64,000 nucleotides of DNA. Source: Octopus bimaculoides. Lineage: Eukaryota. Made by a program: the position numbers and the translations under genes. The stretch covers positions 31,588,504 through 31,652,503 of the forward strand of contig NC_068992.1 of assembly GCF_001194135.2 (NCBI RefSeq). The letters are read 5' to 3'. Positions 37,591 through 50,330 of this stretch are shown here, piece by piece; positions within the stretch are counted from its first letter, which is position 1, and every line of letters begins with the position of its first letter. The notes beneath the pieces were generated by a model. The model ran no database searches and was not told where the DNA came from. It saw only the letters and a program-made list of their open reading frames with translations.

Positions 37591-40500
37591 ATTAATATTT
37601 TGTTACTGACGCGTTCAATTGTTAAATGTTTTTAGTATTTTTCTGAAAAAAATTTGAAATCTAAATCGGATAATAGGTGTCGTAGTTACTTATATTGGAA
37701 ATGTTATGCCATAGCGGGTTTCATGCATTACAAAATATAATACATCAGTTATTCTAATGTTTATCTTATTTTGGGATCTAAACAAAGAGCCGAATATGAA
37801 AAATAATAGTAAAAGTATATTATTGCAGTATAAACGAGCCTTAATAATGGTAAATCTATTTTCCGTTACGATGCATGTTATAAGAACAAAGTATTCGATG
37901 ATGAGAATAACGAACAAAAACAAAAGAAAAGCGTCCATATATTATAAGCACATTCTTTTTCAAGAATAAGTTAACCGTGTTTCTGCGATTTAGAAAAAAT
38001 CCTCAGTATAGTATATGTACCTGAAAGAAATGAATTTTTGTACCATTTTTTTTCTTTGAGTGAAGTACCATCTTAAAGCACACCATTGTAGAGGTGCGAA
38101 TGTGTAGGAAATTAATAAACTTTTGCGTTCCAAAGGAATATTTTTACTGTATTTACTAACTGCAAATAAATTTTGGAGGCGTTATTGGGAGATACTTTAC
38201 GTTTCATTCCCTTTATTGAGATAATGTCATAGAGTGCTGGGTGCCTTATTTTTTTCAAATATGCTATCTTTCTAAATCGTACATTAGATTCGTATTGCCT
38301 TCACCTGCTAACATTCTAGTCCTGTGATGAAGATAGGTGCCATGATGACGATATGGGCCATGGAAAATTGCATCAGTGGAGACATGGAAACCAAGCTTGT
38401 ACTCACATACGTAGCACAAGATACATAATTTATGCATATATGCGTATTGTCTCTTGGAGAATAATTTTAGGGTGTAACATTTTCAATAGCTTCATCATTT
38501 ACAAAGACGCTTTCGGATTTGTGCCAAATAGCGGTTTCTGGAATATAGAATTTGAAGCACAGGACGTACAGCATAGAGGGAAGCTGATTTTCATACTACG
38601 TTTCTTCTAGTAAACTGCATTTAATGTCTTCGTGCACGGGAGAAATATAAACTACAAATAAATACAAAGCGATAACGCATCTCAGAAATTTCTCTTCACT
38701 TGCCACTTATCCAAAATACATTTAACTACCTTCATCACCAAATACAAAAATAAAAATCCAGTGCATAAAAAAAATTGTGAGAGGTACATAATCATTCTTA
38801 CAGGAATATCATCTAATTATAAATGGGAACTTCATAAATGTTAATAAATATCTCATTTCTTCTTTTGGTTTTTCTTTTGTTCTTACAGTCTGTTTGTGCT
38901 TTCACTTTTGCCAATTATTTTATTTTGTCTGGGATCACTTGCTTTTTATATAAGATGTTGATAAGATGCCTCCACGAAAGTACTGATCATAGATATACAT
39001 TTTGTTCTACTGCATACCTAGCGTTTAGCTATTCCGTATTAAGAATTGAACGTATNNNNNNNNNNNNNNNNNNNNNNNNNNNNNNNNNNNNNNNNNNNNN
39101 NNNNNNNNNNATATATATATATATATATAGATTGCTATTCTCCCAAAAATTCAATATGTTATTTATTCATCCTGGTATTTCTGTGATTTTCTTATATTTT
39201 TGTTTTACTCATTTCATATCCATTTTCAATTTAATTTCTCATGTTTCCACTGTTTCCTCACTCCAATTAAGCAATGGCAGATTAAATTATGTTGATTTAT
39301 TTGAATTTTACAGCTTTCTCATTAACATAGTTTATTTAATTCACCTTTTCTTTTGCTTTCTTTAATGGATGATTCTTCCAAACGATGTGTATGAAACTGC
39401 GGGCATTGATTTCGTTTAGCTTAAGATCTCAAAATATCATTTGTCATGTGATAATAAAGACTTCAGTTGTGGACATCTATAAGTTTTCGAAATTCATACA
39501 AATGAGATGTATGACGCTAGACACTAATACGTTAGTACTAATAGTACTTCTTTCATCTCTATCAATACTTAAGGTCAGTTTTTCTTTAAGTAGTGAAATA
39601 TATAATTATAATGACGAAAACGGTCCAAGTGGGACAGTAGAAAAAATGTTCCATATAATACAAAGTTACTTTGGATTAGTAATTTCTAATTCAAAAGCCA
39701 TGGATGAAATATGAAATACACGCACCGATCAGCGTTTTACATCGGAAAGGGCTGTGTCCAAGCTGCCAAACATATGACATTAGACATATTGACTTGAGCA
39801 ATTTATGTGAATTTACTGAGCGAAGAGTCTCATTTCCGTATCAGCATTCGTTTTCTCCGACTGATATTTAAATAAAATCACAGCTAAAGATTGATCGAAG
39901 CGTAAAATATTTACGTTCGAAATCTAGTACACCAGACTTAAGAAATTTGACGGATATTGTTGACTATTTGAAGATGTGCTCGATTTTATAGTGACTTCGC
40001 ATGATAGATTGAGTTACTCTACATGGTAAATAGCTTGGAATATTTCCCATGTAAGCAAACTTCAACTATGAAACATACATGTACCGTCGCCAGACATACT
40101 TTCGACATGCAAAAACGATATATGTACAGCTCTCCAATGCCTGTAGATTTCATCACGAATGTTAATGCTAACTCAAAAGCATAGCCAAACTACTATTTTC
40201 TAGAAACCAGCGATAGTCCCTTTGCAAAATATGTTCTGGAAAAATCCACCAATTAATTTATTTATTACAGTGGAACCAATGATTTTGCTAGAAAATTCGT
40301 CTCTTCAACACGATAAATATTATTTTATATGATGCTGAATTTAGAACTACAAAAGTCGTATTGGGAGCACTTGATATATTTTTACACACAGTACCAGCAG
40401 AGTTGGTCGAAGCTTAATCAAGAATGCATTTGTTTGAAAGAAGTGATGAGTGATACATGTGAATGCAGAGATACGTACTCGTCTATTCATCGTTAAGAAA

Positions 40501-43500
40501 ATAATGTAGACTGCAACCATAACACTCTCTTCGTCTCATCACATCACACTGCCAATCCTCATGTACGGCTTCATGTCTTCTTAGAGGACAGTATGAATAT
40601 TAAATAAACAGCTTTTGTGAAACTTTTCCCTTCTAGAAGGGGAAGAGGTCAGAATGACCAGGCAAACAGGTGTGACCTGATAAAACAGAGACAAAATCAC
40701 ATCATATGTGTGGTGTTATATGACTCAATCAAGGTGCACGTTTTCAATTTTTGCTCTAGTTTTCAGTTGTAGATGTGCTTCCATTATCTTTGTGTGGAGT
40801 ACGATAACGTAAACATAGTATCATATCTTATTCATCTGGATGTATGTAAAAACGGACCATATAAAAGATTGTAATTATGTTTCTATTCAGCGGCGCATGG
40901 TGCTGTGTGGCAACATAAATGTGCGTCGTATGGAACCAAGCTACATACTTAGCAACCTATGTAGTCTAAACTTCGATATGGGTATCAATTTCAAATGTTA
41001 AGTCACCATGTTTTGATACAGCTTTCTTGTGTATTGCGTCGTAGAGCAGAATAAATGGTTGGCGTGTGAATGAGATATTTTGTGTATTTTTATAAATTTT
41101 ATGTACTTTTATTAATTTGGTTTACATTTTCATGCAGGGATCTTACTACTCTTAAAATATATGAAACCAATTTTCTTCCACAGTTTTTCAGGCGTAACCG
41201 ATACTTCTAGCTAGTACTTTGAACAATTCATGAGGGGACCCATCTGAACTTAAAGGGAATGCAATGTCCACAATTTAATAATAAAATACTGTGTATTTTT
41301 CCATGTAACCCAATGCAGAACGCCTGCATTTTTAAGTGAAACTTTTAAAGGATAGCAGCCATAAATATTTCTAAAAACTTCTTAGAAGACAGGATATTTT
41401 CCCGTTTCTGTTTCCTCTACAACATGGCCTCAGACAGCTTGCACTCTGCAGCGTTTTCTTTTCATCAGTTTCTATATGATGTCCTGCATATATTATAGAT
41501 TTCTCAAACCTTGTTGTATGTTCATTAATCCAGATCATCTTTTCTTGTCTTCACTTTTCGTATTAGAGCAAGTACGAACATACATTCTTCATGTTTTAGC
41601 CTGAATTCCACCGTGACGATTAGCATAGGAATCCAACGGAATAAACATATACAAATGATGATGTAACACTACAAAGAAATCTATACATACTATGACAGAT
41701 AAAAGAAAGTCAAAACTCTACAGAATCAAATTGCTAAACACAACATCTCTCATGTGTCGGGTTATATCTTCTGTATAACATTCTAATATCACGTTTTTGT
41801 TACTAAAATTAAAAGGGTGGTTTCATGAGTGATACTATGTAATGTTTTGAATTTCTTTATTCAATTTTACCTTTTAGATTATCTTAGTATTTACAATGTT
41901 CATGCTTCTACAGCACTCTATCTATGTGTTGTGTGATGGATGCACTGAATTTTGCCAAAATAAAAGCAGAAACCTTAATTGTATCTGTCAGTAGTACGCC
42001 ACAAACTTTAGAAATTTATCCGTATCCGAGTAATTTTGGTTCAAACAAGCTTTATGGAGTAAAATAATGATTCGAAAAACGTGTTCTCAAAACGATCAGT
42101 GTGGACGCCACGATTTCTCAAATTTAATGGGACTTCGACTAATCTGATTTAACCACTCACCGGTAGAGGTATATATGAACAGGCTCCTCTTTCAAGCATT
42201 TTATGGGATTTCTTGGGTTTCTTTTCTATTTTCTCAGACGGGGTTAATCCATCTGCTTCACCGAAACAGCTACCTATCACTTCCTAAATTTATATGCCTT
42301 AGGTTTGTTCCATATCATCTTTCTATTAAGATTTACCTCATTTGCTTATTCATTTACATTAAACTGCTTTCCATGTTACGCTTAATTGTACTACTAGTAA
42401 CCTGGCAATTTTAAAGACATCTTAGAATCTGGATTATTTTCACCATTAAACTCAATCTTGGCAAACACTTTATTGATTGCTTGATCATTTTAGAAACTCG
42501 AATTGTGTTGGCAAATGACCAATGCTTAATAGCAGTGGCGAGAATAGTTTTATTACTACCAAAAGTTTTTCTTGCAAACATGTTAGAAACGGGGGATGTA
42601 GCAGTGGATGCGCTGTAAATGTTCCTATCCCTTTCTTTGTCGCCATACTTCTTTTTTTAATGCCATTTTATTGTTGTTGTGCATACTGATAATTGCTATT
42701 GCAGTGATGAATTTGTCGATGGTGTTGTCTTTTTGCGTTATGTGATGGTTTGTTTTTCTTCTCTGTGCTATGCATGTTGAGGTTTCTGCTGATTCACTTC
42801 TCTCGCCTTGCCGTCAGATTTAGATGTATTGGGGATAGTATTAGCGCCACTGTTGTAAAACATTCTTTTAATATTACTATCCTTATCTTTGTTTTCACCA
42901 TGTCTTACGTTGTCCTTTGTGGCGGCGGTGGTGGTGGTGGCTTTTCAAGCACACGACGACCGTTAATTTCTAGAAAAGAGTTTGAGCTTGCCGAGCAATC
43001 ACTATTTAGTTCCGCCTTTTATTTCTCAAAAAATATTTACAGAACACGGCTAAAAATCTAGGAAATACTTCGCTTCATTTGGGGGCTGGCCAGGTTAACA
43101 TGAGCGAACATAAATTTTAACTGCAAAAATTTAGTTGTTACACCAAAATAAAATGTTAGACCAATTCAGAAGGGCAACAATAGCATCACCAGCACCCCCA
43201 ACAACAACAACAACAAAGACAACAACAGGAATAGCAGCAGCAGCAATGACAGCAAACACAGCAAAAATAATAACACTAATAATATTTCTTTTATTCACCA
43301 CTGACAATTTATGTAAAAGATTGGGGACGGCACATGGCAACACAGCTGAAAAAGAGGGCGGTTAATCCTTTAAAAAGGTAAAAACAATAAATATTGTAAC
43401 AAATAAATCCCCAAAAGCAGGAGGATGTTATGGACTGCTCATGGAAACGCACAAAACCTGCAATCGCCCTGATCTCTAGGGCAAGTACCTCTCCACTTCA

Positions 43501-43744
43501 TCTTCCCTAGATCTAGAGGGGTTCACTCATGTCATTCGCTCCACATTCACTCAACTTTAAACAAAATTTCTAGGCGGCAGCAATTCTCTCTGTACCCTCA
43601 CTTTCTTCTTCAAGTTTCACTTTAAAAAAACATAAATGTGAGTTTGACCAAAGAGAAAGTTTGCATGACTTTCCGCCCAAATCAAGGCGGCGGCGCGATC
43701 TTCACGATGCACTCAGCTGATAACTAGATCCGTTCTACACGTGA

Positions 43745-43818
43745 CAATGATGATGATGGTGATGATGATGATGGTGATGATGATGATGACGATGATGATG
43801 ATGATGATGATGATGATG

Positions 43819-43906
<88 letters not shown>

Positions 43907-43930
43907 TAATAATAATAATAATAATAATAT
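43745..43930. repeat. (GAT)n-(AAT)n compound microsatellite
   Basis: Directly visible. Confidence 0.97.
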
Positions 43931-43949
43931 TAAAGACGCCATGATAATG

Positions 43950-44500
43950 TAAGAAGAATGATCCGTTGAGTGTTCTGTGGAAATTACGGTCTACAAAGAG
44001 CAAAGACCTGGTATGACCAAACTCCGGAAGGAGTTACCGAAAATGAGAATTGCAAAATCCTGTGGGATGCAATGATCCAGTGTGATCACCCGACCAAACC
44101 GGACATTGTTGTGGGGAATAAAAATGAAAGAACATGTACGATAATCGACATAGCATGCCCCGGTGACAACAGGACTAATGTGAAAGAAGAAAAAAAACTG
44201 AACAGTTATGATGATTTGAAGTGGGAAATCCGAAAGTTGTAGTCAATGAATAGAGTAGATGGGATACCTATTGTAACTGGGACATTGGAAGTATCAGCAC
44301 TCAACTACCAACATAGCTGAAAAAATTGGTGCAAGCGTGAAGATAGAGCACCTTCAAAAATCAGTATTGTTTGGAACTGAAAGAATCCTTCGCAGGGTTC
44401 TTGAAGTAAGCCCTGTAAACAAGTGTCACCTTAGCCTGTTGGTTGTGGAAAACTGACACTCTCCATATTAACCCGAAAAATAAGCCGTGTGTTTTTCATA
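43950..44500 (+). mobile_element. RLE domain and 3' end of an R4/Dong-type LINE
   Basis: WYDQTPEGVTENENCKILWDAMIQCD..KPDIVV..NERTCTIIDIACPGD..KEEKKLNSYDDLKWEIRKL contains the PD..D-type restriction-like endonuclease motif. Flanked by (AAT)n and (CAA)n/(AAT)n. Confidence 0.88.
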
Positions 44501-44547
44501 TAATAGCAACAACAACAACAACAACAATAATAATAATAATAATAATT

Positions 44548-45092
44548 AATGCCCTGATGCAATACCAAGCAGTGGCTCACCGGTCTTCTGAACTTAACTG
44601 TTCAGAATTGTTATCATGTAATTTGCTTTGTCTTGGTATAAAAGATGGGCTACAGTAAATATTATGTTCAATACCATAGATTTGCTTGTCAGTTGTTTGT
44701 CCTTAACCTGTTGAACATGACCCTTAATGGATGACTATATGTATATCTCTCATCACGAGCAGGAGTAGTGGAGAAACTTCATACTCATGTGTTGAGACGA
44801 ATTCTTTGGGGTTTGGATAATTCATCTTTGGAAACGTGTGTTTTGTTCAAATAATTAAACAACCGTTATTCAGAGACATTTTGGGCTACTCAACCCGAGG
44901 AAAATTCTAAATGGAACCCCACATACAAGGTCATGTGCTGTTAATCTTGGTATGAGATCAACATGTCACGCACATATGGTTGTGATGCACGTGCCTGGTG
45001 TGCCCTTATCAGACGTGTATTCATGACGGGTATACTGAGCTTCGTATATTTACCCCAGTGTCACTTTGGTGGTATGCACTGCTCTCTCACTC
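44548..45092 (+). mobile_element. ~550-bp (AAT)n-anchored non-coding element, apparently full length
   Basis: Starts AATGCCCTGATGC inside (AAT)n and ends CTCTCTCACTC followed by (AAT)n. Three homologous copies occur in the window. Confidence 0.85.
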
Positions 45093-45160
<68 letters not shown>

Positions 45161-45174
45161 TAACAATACTACCA

Positions 45175-45400
45175 TTTGAGTGTGATGGGCTACTTGACCT
45201 GAAGAAAATTCTATCTGGGCTCCACCTGCCAGGTCATGCGGTATTTATCTTGATATGAAATCACCATGTCGCGAAAATATGGTTGTGATGAATGTGCCCG
45301 GCCGGTCTACCCTTATCAGACGAGTAGTCATGATGGGTATACTGTGCTTCGTACATTTTACCCGAGTGTCACTTTGATGACATGCACTGCTCTCTCACTC
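45175..45400 (+). mobile_element. 3' fragment of the same ~550-bp element, followed by (AAG)n (45401-45497)
   Basis: Aligns with 44880-45092. Confidence 0.85.
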
Positions 45401-45905
45401 AAGAAGAAGAAGAAGAAGAAGAAGAAGAAGAAGAAGAAGAAGAAGAAGAAGAAGAAGAAGAAGAAGAAGAAGAAGAAGAAGAAGAAGAAGAAGAAGAGCG
45501 GTGAGTGAGACAGGAACAAATATTTCAATCTATAACGTCTAAACTATTAGTTCAAGATTGATTATTAGGAACTTAATTATGAATTTCATGCTGACACTCG
45601 CTGTAGTAACAAAAATTATGAAGAAATGAAACCGTGTGTCAAACATCAAAACAAGAATCAAGTCTTTGTTTTTAAGGGATGGAGATAAAATAACCATGTA
45701 ACAGTGATTTAGCCTCTTCCATTTAAAATAAACATGTTTTTTTAACATTCCAAAGATTAATCACAGATAGGTTTCGTTGTTACCACTTACGTAATTACTT
45801 ACGTAATTGTCTGCAACTTTAAATGTAATTGGTAGAACTATATTCATGTTCAATCTCATGTGGACGTCTCGTGTATAGTTTTGCAAATTATATTGCTATG
45901 AGGAC

Positions 45906-45972
45906 CACGCTGAAGGGTTGCGAACAATTACCTAAGTAATTACATAACTGGTAACAACGAAACCGGTCTGTG
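45906..45972 (+). ncRNA. Type I hammerhead ribozyme motif, copy 1
   Basis: CACG-CTGAAGG-GTTG...CAAC-GAA-ACCGGT-C-TGTG. Stem I CACG/TGTG, stem II GTTG/CAAC, palindromic stem III, GTC site after 45968. A9 is replaced by G. Confidence 0.75.
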
Positions 45973-46367
45973 ATTAATCTTTATATTTTGTATCTTTTCT
46001 TAGTGCTCAAACCATAGGTGTTCTTCTTCTAGCATAATAGATATGCATTTAGTGTTCATCCCTCTTATTTGTATGCAATATAATTTTTCTGAATCCTCAG
46101 ATTTTTCAATATGCTAGGCCACTGATTTTAATTGATATTAATTAAATTAATATTTAATTTTTCACCCTTGTTATTTAAATTTAAATAACTATGTTCCTTA
46201 ACCGGCAAAATTCACTGCAGAGAATTATTTGTGCAGAATTATTTCCGGTATTTGGCGCGCCAAAAGGAAGACTTTTAAAATATAACCCCAAAGGTAGAAC
46301 TATATACATGTTCAATCTCATGCGGACGTCTCGTGTATAGTTCTGCAAATTATTTTGCTATGACGAC

Positions 46368-46434
46368 CACACTGAAGAATTGCAAACAATTACGTAAGTA
46401 ATTATGTAAGTGGTAAGAACGAAACCGGTCTGTG
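46368..46434 (+). ncRNA. Type I hammerhead ribozyme motif, copy 2
   Basis: CACA-CTGAAGA-ATTG...GAAC-GAA-ACCGGT-C-TGTG. Perfect core and stem I, GTC site after 46430. Stem II has A:C and G:G mismatches. Confidence 0.75.
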
Positions 46435-46582
46435 ATTAATCTTTATATTTTGTATCTTTTCATTTGTCGTGCTCGCTTACGTTCTGGCGTTTTCTGAATT
46501 TTCTTGAGGACAATCTTTTTTAGTCGTCAGACCTTATGTGGTCTTCTAGCATAATGGTTGTCCACTTAGTGGTCATCCCTCT

Positions 46583-46614
<32 letters not shown>

Positions 46615-46646
46615 TGTATGTATGTATGTATCTATCTATCTATCTA

Positions 46647-46686
<40 letters not shown>

Positions 46687-47781
46687 TTTTGCAAACAAAT
46701 TGCACATGCAAGTGCTAGCTGTCGAGAACCCCGCATACCGGAAGTAAGCAAGTGTATAGAGGTAATCAAAGTGAGATAGAGAGAGAGAGCGAGAGGAATA
46801 AAGATAGATAGATACAAATATCTGTAGTTATAACACATAGAGAAACAGAGAGATTCATTGATCCATAGATATGTACCCAGTTATTCATTAAACCAATAAT
46901 AACCACCTTCATTGCATCTGTTACAACTCATTTGTTTTCAACCGCTTAGCAATTTAACCAGGAAAGAAATTAAAGGTTTGATTAACTTCCTTAATGGTTT
47001 AGTTATTCAATCCCTTACTTATGTAATTCAAATATTGTTTGTGGCTGTACGCCTTATCAATGATATAGCCCTCTGCTCCGTGAGAGCTTCAGGTCCCGAG
47101 AGAAAATATCTTTATTGTCATTGCGTGTCAAACGCAGAGTGAGTCGATAGCAAAATTTTTCTAGTACAAGAAATCGAGACATGTTCTAGCCAAACATTAC
47201 AACAAATTGCATAAATTTAGGCATTTAAATTGCACGCAAAACGTACTGGTTAGTAAACGCAATTATTCCTTTATGGAGAAAAATGTAACAGTGAGAGTAC
47301 AAAGCCTAGTACATGGAAATAGGATTAATATTTCTACCAAACATTAGAAACTTAGACTGTAAATGATTCAAATATATAGTCGCGCATAATTATTTAAGGA
47401 CTAATACCTTGCAACCAATAATACTGACATAATATTACTTAGTAAATTGGTTTCTACTTCCATCATAAATTATACCAATCTCCTAAACCACTTTCCGAAA
47501 ACAGTGGATATATATATATATATATANNNNNNNNNNNNNNNNNNNNNNNNNNNNNNNNNNNNNNNNNNNNNNNNNNNNNNNNNNNNNNNNNNNNNNNNNN
47601 NNNNNNNNNNNNNNNNNNNNNNNNNNNNNNNNNNNNNNNNNNNNNNNNNNNNNNNNNNNNNNNNNNNNNNNNNNNNNNNNNNNNNNNNNNNNNNNNNNNN
47701 NNNNNNNNNNNNNNNNNNNNNNNNNNNNNNNNNNNNNNNNNNNNNNNNNNNNNNNNNNNNNNNNNNNNNNNNNNNNNNNNN

Positions 47782-47858
<77 letters not shown>

Positions 47859-48329
47859 CTCGCTTATTATACATTGATTGAGATTGGAAAGCAATTATAG
47901 ATAGACAAACGCTGACGCATAATCCAGAAAGAGCACTTACTGAAATTTACGCTTCAAACGTTATAATCATTTCTATAAAAACTTCTTTTTCATAACACAT
48001 TTTACATTCGAATAAGCGATATCACAATGAGCATGATCTTAGTGACTACGTTTGAAATACTAGTTGTGGAGTTTCTAAAAGAGAATATCTATGCTCGATA
48101 CGGAATTAATTTTCTCTTTACTTAAAAGAAAACTATAAAATTTTCCCAGGGTAAGATTTTGCACATTGGAGTACAATTATTAGAGAGTTTGCTAGAGCCT
48201 TTGAAATATAAACGATTACCATTCATTGAATTAACTATTAGCACTCATGAATCGAACAAAATCATAACGGAAATCAATAAAAACAAATAGTCTTTATGTA
48301 TCTTTTGGCAATTATTGAAGTTGGAACAA

Positions 48330-49020
48330 TTACAAATAGTCTCTAATGAATGACTCGGGCATAGACGAATGTGTAAAATTTAGATCTTCACATCCGTTTC
48401 CTATTGAAAGCAACATTTCATTTAACATAAGATCTGTTCGTATAAATATCAAATGCTCAATTGAATAGAAGTAAAGGATTAACAGTATTCTTGCACCGAA
48501 AAAAAATGTCTGAAAATATCGTAAAGAAATCAATATATTAGGCAACGGAAATCCCGACTCCTACTATAAGTAAAAAAACTCTTCCAATAATAGTTAAAAC
48601 AGAAACAGAAATATAACTGTAATCCCAGAAAATGGGACATAGTACATTGGGCCAAGTGGTAACTGCCAGTTCAGTAGTAATTATAATATCCAAAGCAAAA
48701 AAAGCAACAGAACCAAACCCTTCGCTGATAACTGATAGAAACTATATAAGGTGTAGAGTAATCCAGTAGATAAACTACAAAATTAGCGATGCAGTCTATA
48801 GTATAATGTGTACAGCAGGTCGGTGCAGGAAGGAGACAGCGACGTACGTTAGAGGGTTAGTTCGTAACATAGGTGAGAGGATAAATGAAAATAGCCGGAA
48901 ACTAAAGTAGGAGAAATGTTCGTCGGTGCTATACCAACATGCTAAACTAAAACATAGGGTCTCGACAGATTACATAAATTTTAGGATCTCAGTCCTGGAA
49001 TATTCTTTATACCTTATTGC
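48330..49020 (+). mobile_element. Penelope-like element fragment (RT thumb/linker plus GIY-YIG endonuclease)
   Basis: KFRSSHPFPIESNISFNIRSVRINIKCS resembles the PLE L.F.S.HP...K motif. AVYSIMCTAGRCRKETATYVRGLVRNIGERINEN...VLYQHAKLKH resembles the GIY-YIG VY.I.C...YVG...R.L..R..EH pattern. Confidence 0.6.
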
Positions 49021-49960
49021 GATGCATTGTTTGCGACGCGTCCCTGTGCAATACGAACCAACGTGTGTGTAAATTGTGCTCAATGGATCGCTTCATTTCG
49101 CAGTAGACATCCTGACGTAAACTTTTCATGTAAGCACAAATTTTATTCCGCTTTTGCTCTTTACAGAATGTCTCTATAAGCTCTCTAATTATGATGAACA
49201 TCTAACTTCTGTCTTCATTATTCTGGCGTCACATTCTTTCTTTTCTTTTTCTTTCTGTCTTGTCTCTGTCCCTATCTCTCTTTCTCTCTATTCTCCTTGT
49301 ACATTTCTCCATATCTCTGAATAATTGTTTCGTCATCATCATTCCTTGAAGTTTTGTTGGACTCTTCCTGCCTTTCTCTTTAACAAGCTCCCATCACTAA
49401 CTGATTCAAATTCTGCCCCTCGGAACTTTCTCGCTATTTAAATAGCCCTTCTCCTTCGCTACACTCATCTCTAATGTTTGCTTCTTCTTCTCTTTCACTT
49501 TTGCCAGCAATAATTCCTAATTCATTTAAGATCTGCCCGGCGACAAACCTGGCCATCAGTAGCTCCACCTTTCAGTATACTAACTTTAATTCACACCCTT
49601 CCTTCGTCCCTCGGGCTCACATCTTCTGCCTCTATTCATTCCCTAGATACTGCTTCCTTCAGCTCTTTCCTCGCCTTATGTTTGTTCTAGGTCTTCCAGT
49701 AATTTTCTAAGCTCCCCTAATAGATACTCACGTAGTTATCTATCTATCTATCTATCTATGTGTGTTTGTCTTTGTGCGAGTGTGCATTTGTATGTGTACG
49801 AGCGGCATGTGTGAGGGAACGTGAGTATATATATATATATNNNNNNNNNNNNNNNNNNNNNNNNNNNNNNNNNNNNNNNNNNNNNNNNNNNNNNNNNNNN
49901 NNNNNNNNNNNNNNNNNNNNNNNNNNNNNNNNNNNNNNNNNNNNNNNNNNNNNNNNNNNN

Positions 49961-50330
49961 NATATATGGGAGAATTTACGAAAAAACAACAGACGAAGAC
50001 AGGTGATGTAAACAACGATTGGATGTATTAGTTTAACGCTCGAGAATAGAGAAAGTATTTGACGTTTCGAGCCTACGCTCTTCAACTGAAAGTAACACGG
50101 ATAGAGACAAGGAGAGAAACAAGGAGGAAAAAATATAAATGTAGTGGTCAGCGATTTATCATGGCGAATGGTGATATATATATAACAAGCATAACCGTGC
50201 AGGTTAACCTGGTTATTTTCTTGTGCCTAATCCCTACATTGGACCTAATTCTCCAAAAACGGTTTCTCGCCCAATTTCAAATCACGTGAACAGTACTACG
50301 TGTTTTCTATACTGAGGATCACTAGCTCTC
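49961..50330 (-). mobile_element. PLE-like 3' terminus with a degenerate minimal hammerhead, ending at (TA)n
   Basis: Minus strand TTT-CAGTTGA-A-GAGC-GTAG-GCTC-GAA-ACGT-C-AAATAC (50091-50055). Perfect 4-bp stem II and palindromic ACGT; the core has 2 mismatches. Confidence 0.55.

Larger units (their letters stand above)
45752..46590 (+). mobile_element. Non-coding retrozyme/PLE-like element: inverted terminal arm plus about 1.6 tandem 462-bp monomers, each with a hammerhead
   Basis: 45752-45817 is the inverted copy of 45917-45982. 45831-45999 is repeated at 46293-46461. 45997-46076 is repeated at about 46517-46590 after a ~54-bp insert. Confidence 0.7.

Noticed and set aside
38353-38640. GC-richer stretch with short ORFs on both strands
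   Set aside because: No recognisable motif, and stops occur in the candidate exon frames.
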